Positions 48,839-60,263 of a stretch of 60,263 nucleotides of DNA are shown piece by piece. Numbering within the stretch: the first letter of the stretch is position 1; each line of letters begins with the position of its first letter. The DNA comes from Octopus sinensis. Taxonomy: Eukaryota. The stretch covers positions 1 through 60,263 of the forward strand of contig NW_021833938.1 in the NCBI RefSeq assembly GCF_006345805.1, given 5' to 3'. The notes beneath the pieces are model-generated. The model had not been told where the DNA came from. It worked only from the letters and a program-made list of their open reading frames with translations, and searched no databases. The position numbers and the translations under genes are program-made.

Positions 48839-49002
48839 TACGACAGGCTTCTTTCAGTTTCCGTCTACCAAATCCATTCACAAGGCATTGGTCAGCCCGG
48901 GGCTATAGCAGAAGACACTTGCCCAAGATGCCACGCAGTGGGACTGAACCCGGAACCATGTGGTTGGTTAGCAAGCTACTTACCACGCAACCACTCCTGC
49001 GC
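48558..49002 (-). mobile_element. SINE family A, full length, low-divergence subfamily
   Basis: Complete reverse complement. Confidence 0.9.
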
Positions 49003-50368
49003 CTATGTAAGGCTTTTTTACGCAAATTGTTTTGAATTCATCCTGTATATGAGTGATTAACAAAAAATGAAGCAGAGGACGCAGTTGACCCCACAAACCA
49101 CATACTCACACTGAAGACTTTGCTTTCTCCTTTTTTGAGCGAGTAGTTACTATGACCTGATAGCGAAGGTGAATAGACTCCTTAAGGGAAGAGAACAGCT
49201 TCTAGGTTCATACTTTATTCTTGTTTTACTTTATATCTTTTCATCTTTTTTTTTTATGAGCGAAAGAGCATATAAGATTTCCATATTTCCATAAAATCCA
49301 TTTATTAGCTAGTCCTGGGGTTGTAGATACAGCCACTTTGCCCTTATTCTGGGCGAATAATAATAGGTTGTTTCTAGCAGGGTTACAAGATCTGAAATTC
49401 GAGGAATGGGGCTGTTGATTACATCAGCTTGGTACTTCTTTATTTCACCGGTACTCTATTCTTGAGGGAATAAAAAAAGGCATCGTTCGACTCAGCTCAG
49501 CAGAATTTGAAAGGGCACACAATGCATTCTGTTCAGCATTCGAATAATTGAAATTGTTTCCAATTTAAAAACAAGGTCAAAAGATTTTGTGGTGTGGGTG
49601 GGGTTTGGCTGATACAATTCGCCTTGGAATTTGATTGGTATTTCATTTTGCAAATTGCAGATGGATGAAAAACGAAGCTGACCACATACCAAGATTTGAA
49701 CTCCCATCAAGAACTGGAACGAATACGGAAACAAAGCTATGTAAGGCTTTTTCACGCAAATTGTTTTGAATTCATCCTGTATAACCTTATAGCTTTGAGG
49801 TTTCAATAATGTAATTATTTTGAGGATCTCAATGTAGGGTAGATGTGAGAGGCTAGATATGGCCAGTTTGAACATAGAACATGTAGAATACTAGGGCCAG
49901 ATATGGTCAGTTTAAACACAAAACGGTCAATAATAAAAATAAAAATAAAAATAACAATAATAATAATCGCAATAATGGTAATGGTTCAAGGAAAGTGGGT
50001 AATGAATATCATCAACCCCTAGTACCTGACTGGTATTTTATCAATCCCAGGGGGAGATGAAGGGCAAAGTTCACCTCGGCACCATTTAAATTTAGAGTTA
50101 TGGACAGTTTTTCAATTGGTCTAATTTAGCCTATGATGTCAGAACAGGTGTGCTTGTGTGTAAGGATGCATGCTTGTGTAAGTGTTGACTTGGTGGTGGT
50201 GACTAGCTTGACCACCACTTCAAGCACCAAATCTACTTAGAAAAGACGGTTTATGGCTTGAGAGCACAGAAGTAAATAGTTTGGTGACCACTGGTTAGCC
50301 TCAGATGGACCCTGAATAAGCAGACATATATATATATATAATATATATATATATATATAATATATATA

Positions 50369-50600
50369 TATTTCTTTATTGCCCACAAGGGGCTAAATAT
50401 AGAGGGGACAAACAAGGACAGACAAAGGGATTAAGTCGATTACATCGACCCCAGTGTGTAACTGGTACTTAATTTATCGACTCCGAAAGGATGAAAGGCA
50501 AAGTCGACCTCAGTGGAATTTGAACTCAGAACGAAACGGCAGACGAAATACGGCTACGTATTTCGCCTGGTGTGCTAATGGTTCTGCCAGCTCGCCACCT
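50369..50600 (-). mobile_element. SINE family B
   Basis: Full reverse complement. Confidence 0.85.
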
Positions 50601-50624
50601 GAGCAGACATATATATAAACAAAG

Positions 50625-50790
50625 GCACAAGAGTAGGTGTGTAGTTGGGAAGCTTGCTCCCAGACCATGTGTTGTTGAGTTCAGTCCCACAGCACAGCAC
50701 TTTGGGTGAGTTCCTTCGACTATAGCCTGAGCTGGCGAAAAAGCCTTGTGAGTGGATTTGGTAGAGGGAAACCGAAAGACGCCCATTAAC
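50625..50790 (+). mobile_element. SINE family A, degenerate 5' half
   Basis: Head and body motifs. Confidence 0.65.
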
Positions 50791-51199
50791 GCGTGTGTGT
50801 GTGTGTGTACTTGCATGTATTGTATCCCTCATCTACATATCATGTGATGGTTGTAAATAAACATCATCATCATCATCATATAAACAGCATTGTTCATGTT
50901 CACTCTTCCATGAAAAACCCGTCCAGCTATGGGAAAATATTACCTTGTTTAGAAACAAGGTGAGGGCTAGTTACAGGAAGGGCGTCCAGTCGTAGGAAAT
51001 CTACCTCGGCAAATTCTGTTTGACCCATGCAAAGTATGGAAAATGGGTTGTTAGACGATGAAGGTTTCATTCTTGGCTATCCTGTCTTTCTGAATGTAGT
51101 GAGACACATTTTCTTCTTGCATATTGAGCAAAAAGACTACTAAATCGCAGGGACTTTAGCTAGTTCAGACTCCTAACTCTCTTTTACACTGACCCCTGT

Positions 51200-51480
51200 C
51201 ATTTTGTTGTTCAGGGATTGGCTAAAACGTGGAACACAGTTCAAGAATTGTGCATCATGTTTGGCATAGCTGTTCAGAGGGTGACACCTTTGGGTTCATA
51301 ATTCTACCATGAAGATAAGGGAAATGTCAAAGATTAGCATCCCACCGAGGGTGATGGATGTCCAACACCTACTTAGAGCAATGGAAGCTGGCACAGACAA
51401 CAGTTCAGGAGGCCAGCAAGAATGGCTGGATAACCATTCACTCACAGACAGTCCAAGGTATTTTGCTGTATGATTCATCT
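51200..51480 (-). mobile_element. Possible LINE reverse-transcriptase remnant
   Basis: TAKYLGLSVSEWLS resembles the RT domain-7 KYLG motif; no other motif confirmed. Confidence 0.3.
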
Positions 51481-51540
51481 GAATGTGATTTTCAAAAGAG
51501 TAGAATGGTTTTAAAAGAACAATCGTGTCCTACATAATTT

Positions 51541-51619
<79 letters not shown>

Positions 51620-51623
51620 GTGT

Positions 51624-51661
<38 letters not shown>

Positions 51662-52113
51662 TGTGGGTGTGTCTGTATGAATGTATGTATGTACACAAGG
51701 AGAAGAAAACAGAGACATACAATACAAAATATATTTCCAAAAAACACTATTTGAAAATAAAAATACATTTTTCAGCAGAAAAAAAAAATAATAGACTCAA
51801 TTTACTTTGTGAAAAAAAATTTTTTTTCTTATGTATTGTAAAAATACATTAGCCAACACAATAACTGTAAAAAAAAAAAAAAAAAGAAACGAAAAATAAA
51901 GAATATGAAAGTAAAAGAAGTCTTTGTTAATTTAATCAGGCCAGATAAATTTGAAATAATTATTTATTTTGTTCATTTCTAAGTCCCCATTCTTCCCAGG
52001 CGACTTTAGAACTGCTAATATTGTCTTCTGGTAGAGTTGCAGAAGAACCACATCAAAAGCTGAGTCCATCAAAACTTCAGTTCTGTAGAATGTAAATTGG
52101 AGAGAGAGAGAGA

Positions 52114-52179
<66 letters not shown>

Positions 52180-53584
52180 AACCCAAAGAAAAAATTTTGG
52201 TGATTTTTCTTGTATTTTTTTTTTATAGAAAATTGTTTACAATTAGAGAGAGCGAAAAAAAAGTGATGTTAATGGCTAAAATGTCGGGTTGGATGGTGGG
52301 TAGAGAAAGAGGTGAAAAAATAACCAGAGGCTGCCATTCCTTTTACCTTACTCACAGCATTACTTTCTTGTTTTCAAAAAAAAAAAACAAATAAAAATAA
52401 AAACATATACATGTGTGTATAAAGATATATGCGTGTGTCTATATGTATATATATATATGTATATATATGAATCCAATATTTTAATGGAGCTTGATGTAGA
52501 AGTGTCAAAATTTTCAGGCATGTCAGAGTCTGCCTCTCTCTCTTACACAGTATTGTTTCTTTAGCAAACCAATGGATAAAAAAGTCTCCAGTCCCTCCCT
52601 TTTAAATCAATAATCCCTCTCCTTCTCTCTCTCCTCCCTTCATTCGCCTCCTACAATGACCCAACCATTCTATATTAGCAACAAACCTTCCACTCATCCA
52701 AACCACGCCGTCCACTCCCTCCCCCACCACCCTCAGGCCAATGCCACATTCTACTGCACCATCCTTGGAGATAACACACACACACTCCCTATCTCTGAAA
52801 GCTTGCAGTCTTATTAATTTTTCCTGCGATGGGGCTACTTCAGTTTAAATTTAACATATTTTCTTTCATATGTTTTATGGAAAAATATATATATACACAC
52901 ACACATATATATATACATATATACACTCATACAGCAGGCAGCCATATTTTAAACCAGAGTGTTTTTATCTACATGATTTTCCTTCCAATATAATGAATCT
53001 TTGAGTTTAAAAAACGAAACAAAACCAGAAAAAAGAAAAATTCCTCTTCTCCATATAAAATGCCATTTCTTGTTTAAACCTGGTGATGTATTAAAAAAAA
53101 AAATGAACGAAATAAATAAACAAAAAAACAAACTCCTAGCATCTTTATTGATCAATAATTCTAGCCCCATCCATCAGGGATAACCTTACTCTCTCTTGTT
53201 ATTAAAATCTCCCTTTTTTTCCCTGCCTAGAGACATTTTTCTCGCTTCTTCCTTATATCCACCCACCATCTTGTTCTTCATTTCCCATCAGTTTTTTTTC
53301 CTTCTTCTTTTCCGTGCCACACTTTAACCAACCCCACACCCCAGCCTCACACTACATTTCATCTAGATAAATTAAAGTTGTCTAAACGATACACCTTAAG
53401 CAGCACACACCATTTTGCTGTGTGAGACATTACAATCCTTCAATACGTCGATCTGTCTATCTTTCTAGTTCGCCTATCTCTATCTCTGTATCACACGTTC
53501 TGTGTGCCATCACAGTAGATATGGTTTTGTTCAAATGAAGCTGGGAAAAAGAAAAAGCTAAAGAACAAAAAATCATTCTTTAGC

Positions 53585-53797
53585 AGAATGAAATGTTTAG
53601 CTGACATATAATGTAAATATGAAGACAAACCAAAAAGCAAGCCTCCGTCTAGTTACCTGGTTTGCGAAAAATAAGGACCAATTCTTACAAGAATGAAATG
53701 TTTAGCTGACATAGAATGTAAATATGAAGACAAACCAAAAAGCAAGCTTCCGTCTAGTTACCTGGTTTGCAAAAAATAAGGACCAATTCTTACAAGA
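53585..53797. repeat. 105-bp tandem duplication
   Basis: agaatgaaatgtttagctgacat...ggaccaattcttaca at 53585 and 53690. Confidence 0.9.
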
Positions 53798-54260
53798 ACC
53801 ATTTATAAGAAGAAAAAAACAACCTCATTTGACAATATGAATCTTAGACACTAAAGATGGTCACTGATGGAACACATTCTGCTGAATAAATACCGATGAA
53901 ACCAACAAACGAAGCCCAATGTGATTGCTTGACCTGTTAGAAATAATAGCCAAATAACCCCTTAAATTTCACTTTCTATCTTTGGTGGGGAGAAAAGGGA
54001 AAGTGACATTGGATAATGTAGTTTTAAATATATTATGTTTGGGACTGAGGTGGGGAAAGACTGGATGGTTACAACTGGAATCTATTAGAGTGGAAGTCTA
54101 ATAGATCAGGTCCCACAACAACCAGTACCCTAAAGAAAGCTTAACTAACCATTGTAGGAAACTCTGAATCTAGGAATATCTGATATTGTCAAAGCAAAAA
54201 AAAACAAAAAAAACCACGAACAAAAAAACAACTAAGTTTTCTCTACATGATCATGCAACA

Positions 54261-54625
54261 CTGTCGGTTACCATGACGAGGGTTCCAGTTGATCCAATCA
54301 AGGGAACAACCTGCTCGTGAAATTAACGTGCAAGTAGCTGAGCACTCCACAGACACGTGTACCCTTTACGTAGTTCTAGGAGGGATTTGGTGCGACAAGG
54401 CTGGCCCCTTGAAATATCGGTACAACAGAAACAGGAAGAAAGAGTGAAAGAAAGTCGTGGTGAAAGAGTACAGCAGGGTTACCCACCACCCCCTGCCAGA
54501 GCCTCTCGGAGCTTTTAGGTGTTTTTGCTCAATAATAAACACTCACAACGCCCGGTCCGGGAATCGAAACCACAATCCTATGATCATGAGTTTACTGCCC
54601 TAACCACTAGGCCATTGCACCTCCA
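54261..54625 (-). mobile_element. SINE family F2
   Basis: Reverse complement of the 22038-22404 element. Confidence 0.8.
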
Positions 54626-54859
54626 CTTTCTCTACATACATACAGGGTGTATGATACATACTAGCCATTCAAAAACAGTCTATTGGTCTCTTTTGCCAAA
54701 CTGCTATTTGACCAAGTTTCTTTACATTCTGATATACTCCAGCCAGATCCAGTGAAAGTTTTGCTGAGAACCTTGTGCAAGGTACCCTGTCTTCGTACCA
54801 ACAACCTAGAGAGAGAGGGGGGGGGGAATATGTGCACGTGCTTCTATGTGTGATGAGCA

Positions 54860-55005
54860 TGTATCTTTGTATGTGTGTGTGTGTATGTGTGCGCATATGT
54901 ATGTTTGTGCATATACGTGACCGAGTATGTGTGCATGTGTCTGTGTGTATGTGCATATATGTATATGTGCATATATATATATGTGTGTATATATATGTAT
55001 ATATA

Positions 55006-55038
<33 letters not shown>

Positions 55039-55085
55039 GTATATATATGTGTGTGTGTATATATATATATATATACACATGCATG
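54860..55085. repeat. Compound (TG)n/(TA)n microsatellite
   Basis: Direct reading. Confidence 0.9.
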
Positions 55086-55287
55086 GTTTGTGTCTGTGTT
55101 TTCTCAGAACATTCAATGTGGAAGAGTAAAAATGCTAAAATTTTAGACAAACTTTTTCTATTTTTTTTTTCTTTCGTCATATCTTTATCTTTTTCAAAAC
55201 TCTCTTTTCTTTCTCTCTCTCTCAGATATTTTATTGATGGTTTCAAGAAAATTCTAGGAAAATGTAGAAAACATTTCCCCAGTAGTG

Positions 55288-55321
<34 letters not shown>

Positions 55322-55770
55322 CAGTAGTAATAATAATAAATTATTTCTTATGTATCCATTTTCCATGACAACTTTAATTTCCTACATAAACATTTTCATC
55401 ATTTCACCAAAGTTAAACTAAAATGACAGTGAATACTAAAGAGATGATTGGAAGGTGTATGATGTGAACATGGAGAAGGAGACATTTTCTAGTGAACACA
55501 CAAACACACTCAAACAGACATACATAAAATATACATCTGAATGTGTATACACACAAGACGTGTGTGTGTGTGTGTGTTTGTCCACGTAGATTACAACTAC
55601 CCAAGCAAAATTGATTCACGTATATGTAAACACACAAACACAATAGCAAAGCTTACGTGTATACTTGTATGTATTTGTGTCGGCACCCTTCTAATACTGA
55701 AAACTGAGCATGCCGATTATTTTGGTGCCATACAGCTACAAAAATACATACATATATATATATATATATA

Positions 55771-55920
55771 GGCGTAGGAGTGGGTGTGTGGTAAGTAGCT
55801 TGCTTACCAACTACATGGTTCTGGGTTCAGTCCCACTGCGTGGCACCTTGGGCAAGTGTCTTCTACTATAGCCTTGTGAGTGGATTTGGTAGATGGAAAC
55901 TGAAAGAAGCCCGTCGTATA
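55771..55920 (+). mobile_element. SINE family A, 5' half
   Basis: ggcgtaggagtgggtgtgtgg...gaagcccgtcg. Confidence 0.8.
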
Positions 55921-56094
55921 TACATATATATATATATATATGTATGTGGTCACTGTTGCTACGGCCACAGTGAGAGAATTATAATAATGGAGGTGGGGCG
56001 AATTACAATTTCTCAGATCCTTAAACAGTCACTCACGCTGACAGTGATATGTCTTAGGAAAGGAAAAATTTATAAAAAGATCTCTTTCTCTACG

Positions 56095-56510
56095 AGCAGA
56101 TCTAATCCTGATTCGTCAAAAAACTGATGACGTATTACTTCAGTGGTCAAGCTATTGTCACCCTGCTTGGTCGGTTTCCCCACACGATACAGCTATGGGT
56201 CAGACCCGATTCTGATTGGTCAAAACATCGATGACGTCGCGTTCTGCTGGACTAGCCACCTCAGACCCGATTCTGATTGGTCAAAACATTGATGACGTCT
56301 CGTTCTGCTGGACTAGCCACCTAACAGGATACAGTCATGGGTCAGATCTAATTCGCCAAAAAAATGATGACGTATTTCTCCTGTGGCCAAACTGTCGTTC
56401 CGCTTGGTTGGTTTCCTAACAGGATACAGTTAGGAGTCCTTTCACTATATTCGTTGAGACTGGGTTTTGATTGGTTTGGAACTATATGACATCAGTGAAA
56501 AGTGCAAGTG
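56095..56510. repeat. Degenerate repeat module with a near-exact 61-bp direct duplication (56200-56322)
   Basis: tcagacccgattctgattggtcaaaacat(c/t)gatgacgtc.cgttctgctggactagccacct twice, plus about three diverged (gatt)..tcaaaa..tgatgacgt units. Confidence 0.8.
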
Positions 56511-56656
56511 ACCACAGCTTAGCTGAGCCGATATAAATCCAGCAATCACAAAATTCACCAAAATTATGCGAGCAGACACCGACCAAAAATCATTACTGTT
56601 GCTCCCATTGGAACACAAGGTAAAATCTAAAATGAACTCCTCGCCTTTTCAAGAAC

Positions 56657-56855
56657 ATGAATTTTTTATATTTGACTCTATTGAATGTATGTCACAATTA
56701 TGAACTACTACATCATACTCTTTAAACATATAGCATGGACTCTCTTTATTATATATGAATTTTTTATATTTGACTCTATTGAATATATGTCACAATTATG
56801 AACTATTACATCATACTCTTTAAACATATAGCATGGACTCTCTTTATTATATATA
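56657..56855. repeat. 98-bp tandem duplication
   Basis: atgaattttttatatttgactctattgaat...ctctctttattatat twice. Confidence 0.9.
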
Positions 56856-56952
56856 ATTTTTTTTGATAAGGTTCGTCATTTCAAGAACCGAAACATGTTA
56901 AATTTAAATTAAAATTTGTCTAATATAGCAGCATTTTCAAACTTCATTTTTT

Positions 56953-57009
<57 letters not shown>

Positions 57010-57034
57010 CATATATGTATGTGTGTGTGTAAAA

Positions 57035-57237
57035 TGTTTGTCCCCACCCCCAACATCGCTTGACAACCGATGCTGGTGTGTTTACGTCCCCATCGCTTAG
57101 CGGTTCGACAAAACAGACCGATAGAATAAGTACTAGGCTTACAAAGAATAAGTCTTGGGGTCGATTCGTTCGACTAAAGGCGGTGCTCCAGCATGACAAC
57201 AGTCAAATGACTGAAACAAGTAAAAGAGTAAAGAGTA
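57035..57237 (+). mobile_element. SINE family A, 3' half
   Basis: cttgacaaccgatgctgg...aagtaaaagagtaaagag. Confidence 0.8.
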
Positions 57238-58276
57238 ATATTGATATACACAAACATGGTGTATGTGTTTGTGTGCCAACAGTGTTGTTTAATGTCCGTT
57301 TTCTACGCTGGTACGAACGAGTTGGATGGCTTGAGAGGAACTGGTATGGCCAGGGGCTGCGCAAGGTTCCAAAGTCTGGTTTTGCTTGGTTTCTACAGCT
57401 TGATGCCCTTCCTAATGCTGTACACACACACACACACACACATAATTTTCTTGATAACTGTGACGGTTGGCAACAAGAAGGGCATCTGTTCAATAAACTC
57501 TACCCAACCCCATACAAGCATGGGAACGCGAATGTTGAATAATGATGATGATGATGATGACGACTGCATCTGGAATCAGTGTATCTTCCATTATCACTTT
57601 CAGAGCAGATTCTCCAAAACGTCGCACCAGAAAATGGAAGCAAGTTTCTGTGGTTGCTGGATTTAGATGTAGTTATGTATATTGAAATGAGATTATCTAT
57701 AAACTTATTTATATTTATGGTAATGAGCGAAAATATAATTGCATTGTAGTAAAATTGAATTTCTTCAATATTGATATCGGAAAAGAAATTTCAATTGAAT
57801 ATTTAACACAAAAATAGATTCTGAATGAAATTAAAATCAACGTAATAGATTATTGAGTACACATTCTGGTCCACCTTTATTCTATGGAACAGCAGTGTGG
57901 TGTGTTAGTGTATTGGATTTGAAGGTAACCAAATACTGAGAGAGAGAGAGAGAGAGAGAAAGGAAGAGGTTATTACACCTGTTGTCGTCGCTGCAGTGAG
58001 TGATGATGATGATGATGATGATGATGACAGCGGTTTATTTTCTTTGATCATCTCTCTCTCTCTCTGTCTCTCTCATATATACACACCTGATCTAACACAT
58101 ACATACATATAATAGATTAACATGCAAATGTAATATCCCTTACGCGCACACATACCTAATCATCATTGTACACACACACACACACAGATACCATAAACAT
58201 ACACATAGATACACAGATATATCCAGATTAAATACATCCACACACTGGAGACTAACATATATATATATATATGTAA

Positions 58277-58503
58277 GGCGGCGAGCTGGCAGAAAGGTTA
58301 GCGCCTTGGGCGAAATGCTTAGCGGTATTTCGTCTGCCGTTACGTTCTGAGTTCAAATTCCGCTGAGGTCAACTTTGCCTTTCATCCTTTCGGGGTCGAT
58401 AAATAAAGAACCAGTTTTGCACTGGGGTCTATGTAATCAACTCAATCTGTTTGTCCTTGTTTGTCCTCTCTGTGTTTAGCCCCTTGTGGGTAGTAAAGAA
58501 ATA
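58277..58503 (+). mobile_element. SINE family B
   Basis: ggcggcgagctggcag...gggtagtaaagaaata. Confidence 0.85.
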
Positions 58504-59677
58504 TATATACATGTAACCAAACTGAACCTAATTAAATCTAAGTCTAAGATCTGAAAATAAAGCAGGGCCAGGGAACTTTACTGGCCTCAAGAGGGGAACC
58601 TTGAGTACATACATAACAGCATTACAGAACTCTTTGTAAAAGGAAAACCTTAATGAACGCAACTTCTGTAATGTAAGAGAATGCAATTCTTCAGCAATGC
58701 GATGGGTGCCTGGATGCAATACAGTATCAAGTTGTTCGCAGATGGTTTGGGACAATTTTCCAGCTAGTTTCCTGGAAGCTGTAATATTTTCAATGTTCAA
58801 TAGTTCAATACATGAACATGTGTAGATATTGGCATGGGGTTCAGTCGTAGAACCCAGGGCAAAACAGACAACTGGAGCCCGAGCAGCTCTTTGGCTGACC
58901 AGCCCCAGTCAAACCGTCCAACTCCATGCCAGCATGGTAAAAAGGGACATAAAATGGCCACAACTTTAGGGCTGAAACATGTAAAATATGTGTGTGTGAA
59001 TGTGTGTATATAATCATCATCATCATCATCAACGCCAGGATATTATTGTCTTGAGTCCAATGGGTTTAGGAAAAGCGCGGGCTAAAACTACGCGCCTTCA
59101 CTAGTCAGTTAAGGTGAGACAGTGTCATGTGACAACTTGCTAGGGCTGCCTGCTGGAGCCTATGCGGCAGGTATTTAAAGGGAAAAATTTGACAAGACAG
59201 TCAGTCACCGGGTGACACTCGCTGACGATACATCGAAGAGGCCAGGGAACAGAAGAAATAAGAAGAAAGAAGATATGCACTCAACACCAGAGCTGAAGAC
59301 ACTGCCAAAAGGGGGGGGGGGGGGCGCCACGTCAAAACGGTAGAGGAGTAGGGGCCGAAACCGGACGTGGTTCCTCCTGATGATGTCTTGAGCTAACTGG
59401 ATCCTATAAAGGAACTGTTGTGGTAGCAGACCACGAAACACGGTTGTAATTCCTCCTAGGGCCAGTTACCTGATGTATAAGTGGCAGACATCACAACATT
59501 CGCCCTGAATGAGGATCCAGTGCATAGCAAGGTTACTCAATTACAGCCGAGGGGGATTGGAGCCATGTGAAAGAGTGTTTTACTCAAGAGCACGATACAC
59601 TACTAGTGTGAGAATTGAAACCATGATCACAAGATTATGAGAGAGACACGCTAACCACTAGGTCATGCACCTCGTCT

Positions 59678-59900
59678 TTAACCCTTTCGTGTTCAGATTG
59701 GTCTGGCAAATGTATCGTTTATTGATTCACAATGCTTTGAATTTATCATGAATTATCTCATAGCTTCAAAATTTCAATGATGTGAGTGTTTACTTTTAGA
59801 TTGACACTGTAGGGTTGGTGTGAGAAGCCAGATCTAGCCAGTCTGAAGAAAGAACAGAATATTTGGGCTGGATATGGTCAGTTTAAATGCTAAAGGTTTA
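59678..59900 (+). mobile_element. Second TTAA-flanked MITE family (piggyBac-like); related pieces at 48517-48555 and 49740-49930
   Basis: ttaaccctttcgtgttcag...ggatatggtcagtttaaatgctaaaggtttaa. Confidence 0.6.
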
Positions 59901-60263
59901 ATATCACTAATGAGGTTTAATATCACTAATTTACCAATTCTTGTTAATGCAGTAACAAAAAACAAAGAAAGGGAGAAAGAGAATTGTACACCAGGGTTTG
60001 AGACTTGGTTTTTATGATCACACTGATCAACATAAAGGGACAAATGATAGTACCTCTCTCCCCCCCATAAGCTCATAGCATTTCTAGAATTTTCTTTTTT
60101 TAGCTTTTGAATAGTTATTTTTTTTTGTTTTTGCTATAATTATTACAAATAGATGAGATTTCTAAGAGAGTGGGGTATCTTGAGAGTAACTCTTGCTTAC
60201 CAAAAGAACATGCTCGACATTTTTAAGACGAACATCAACAAACTATAAATAGAGACAGGACCC

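Noticed and set aside
58528-58800. 90-aa minus-strand ORF
   Set aside because: No recognisable domain or splice signals; probably decayed TE sequence.
59100-59530. GC-richer segment as a possible BCL11 first exon
   Set aside because: No MSRRKQ motif in frames I could read; looks more like a retroelement fragment, but unclassified.

Overview
AT-rich, microsatellite- and SINE-dense animal genomic DNA; the SINE families point to a coleoid cephalopod, most likely Octopus (inference). The only host coding sequence I can support is one internal exon of a BCL11A/B-family zinc-finger gene on the minus strand (24538-24948), encoding the N-terminal CCHC finger. The exon is phase 1/phase 1 and 411 nt long. 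I found neither the canonical first exon (MSRRKQ...) nor the C2H2 exons, so most of the window is probably two very large introns. These contain several SINE families, piggyBac-type and hAT MITEs, a non-autonomous Helitron, LINE remnants, a degenerate intron-containing tRNA-Met and many simple repeats. Main observations: (1) four unrelated Penelope-type remnants carrying minimal type-I hammerhead ribozyme folds, two as long palindromes, one with an apparent G3:C8 core swap and one with a 66-nt loop II; (2) a ~26-bp-period array of about 17 TGACCA motifs, the known mammalian BCL11A binding site, inside the presumed BCL11 intron, suggesting possible autoregulation; (3) an elongator tRNA-Met with a canonical-position intron. 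Most ORF-track entries are translations of microsatellites and are not genes. Repeat boundaries are read by eye and approximate.
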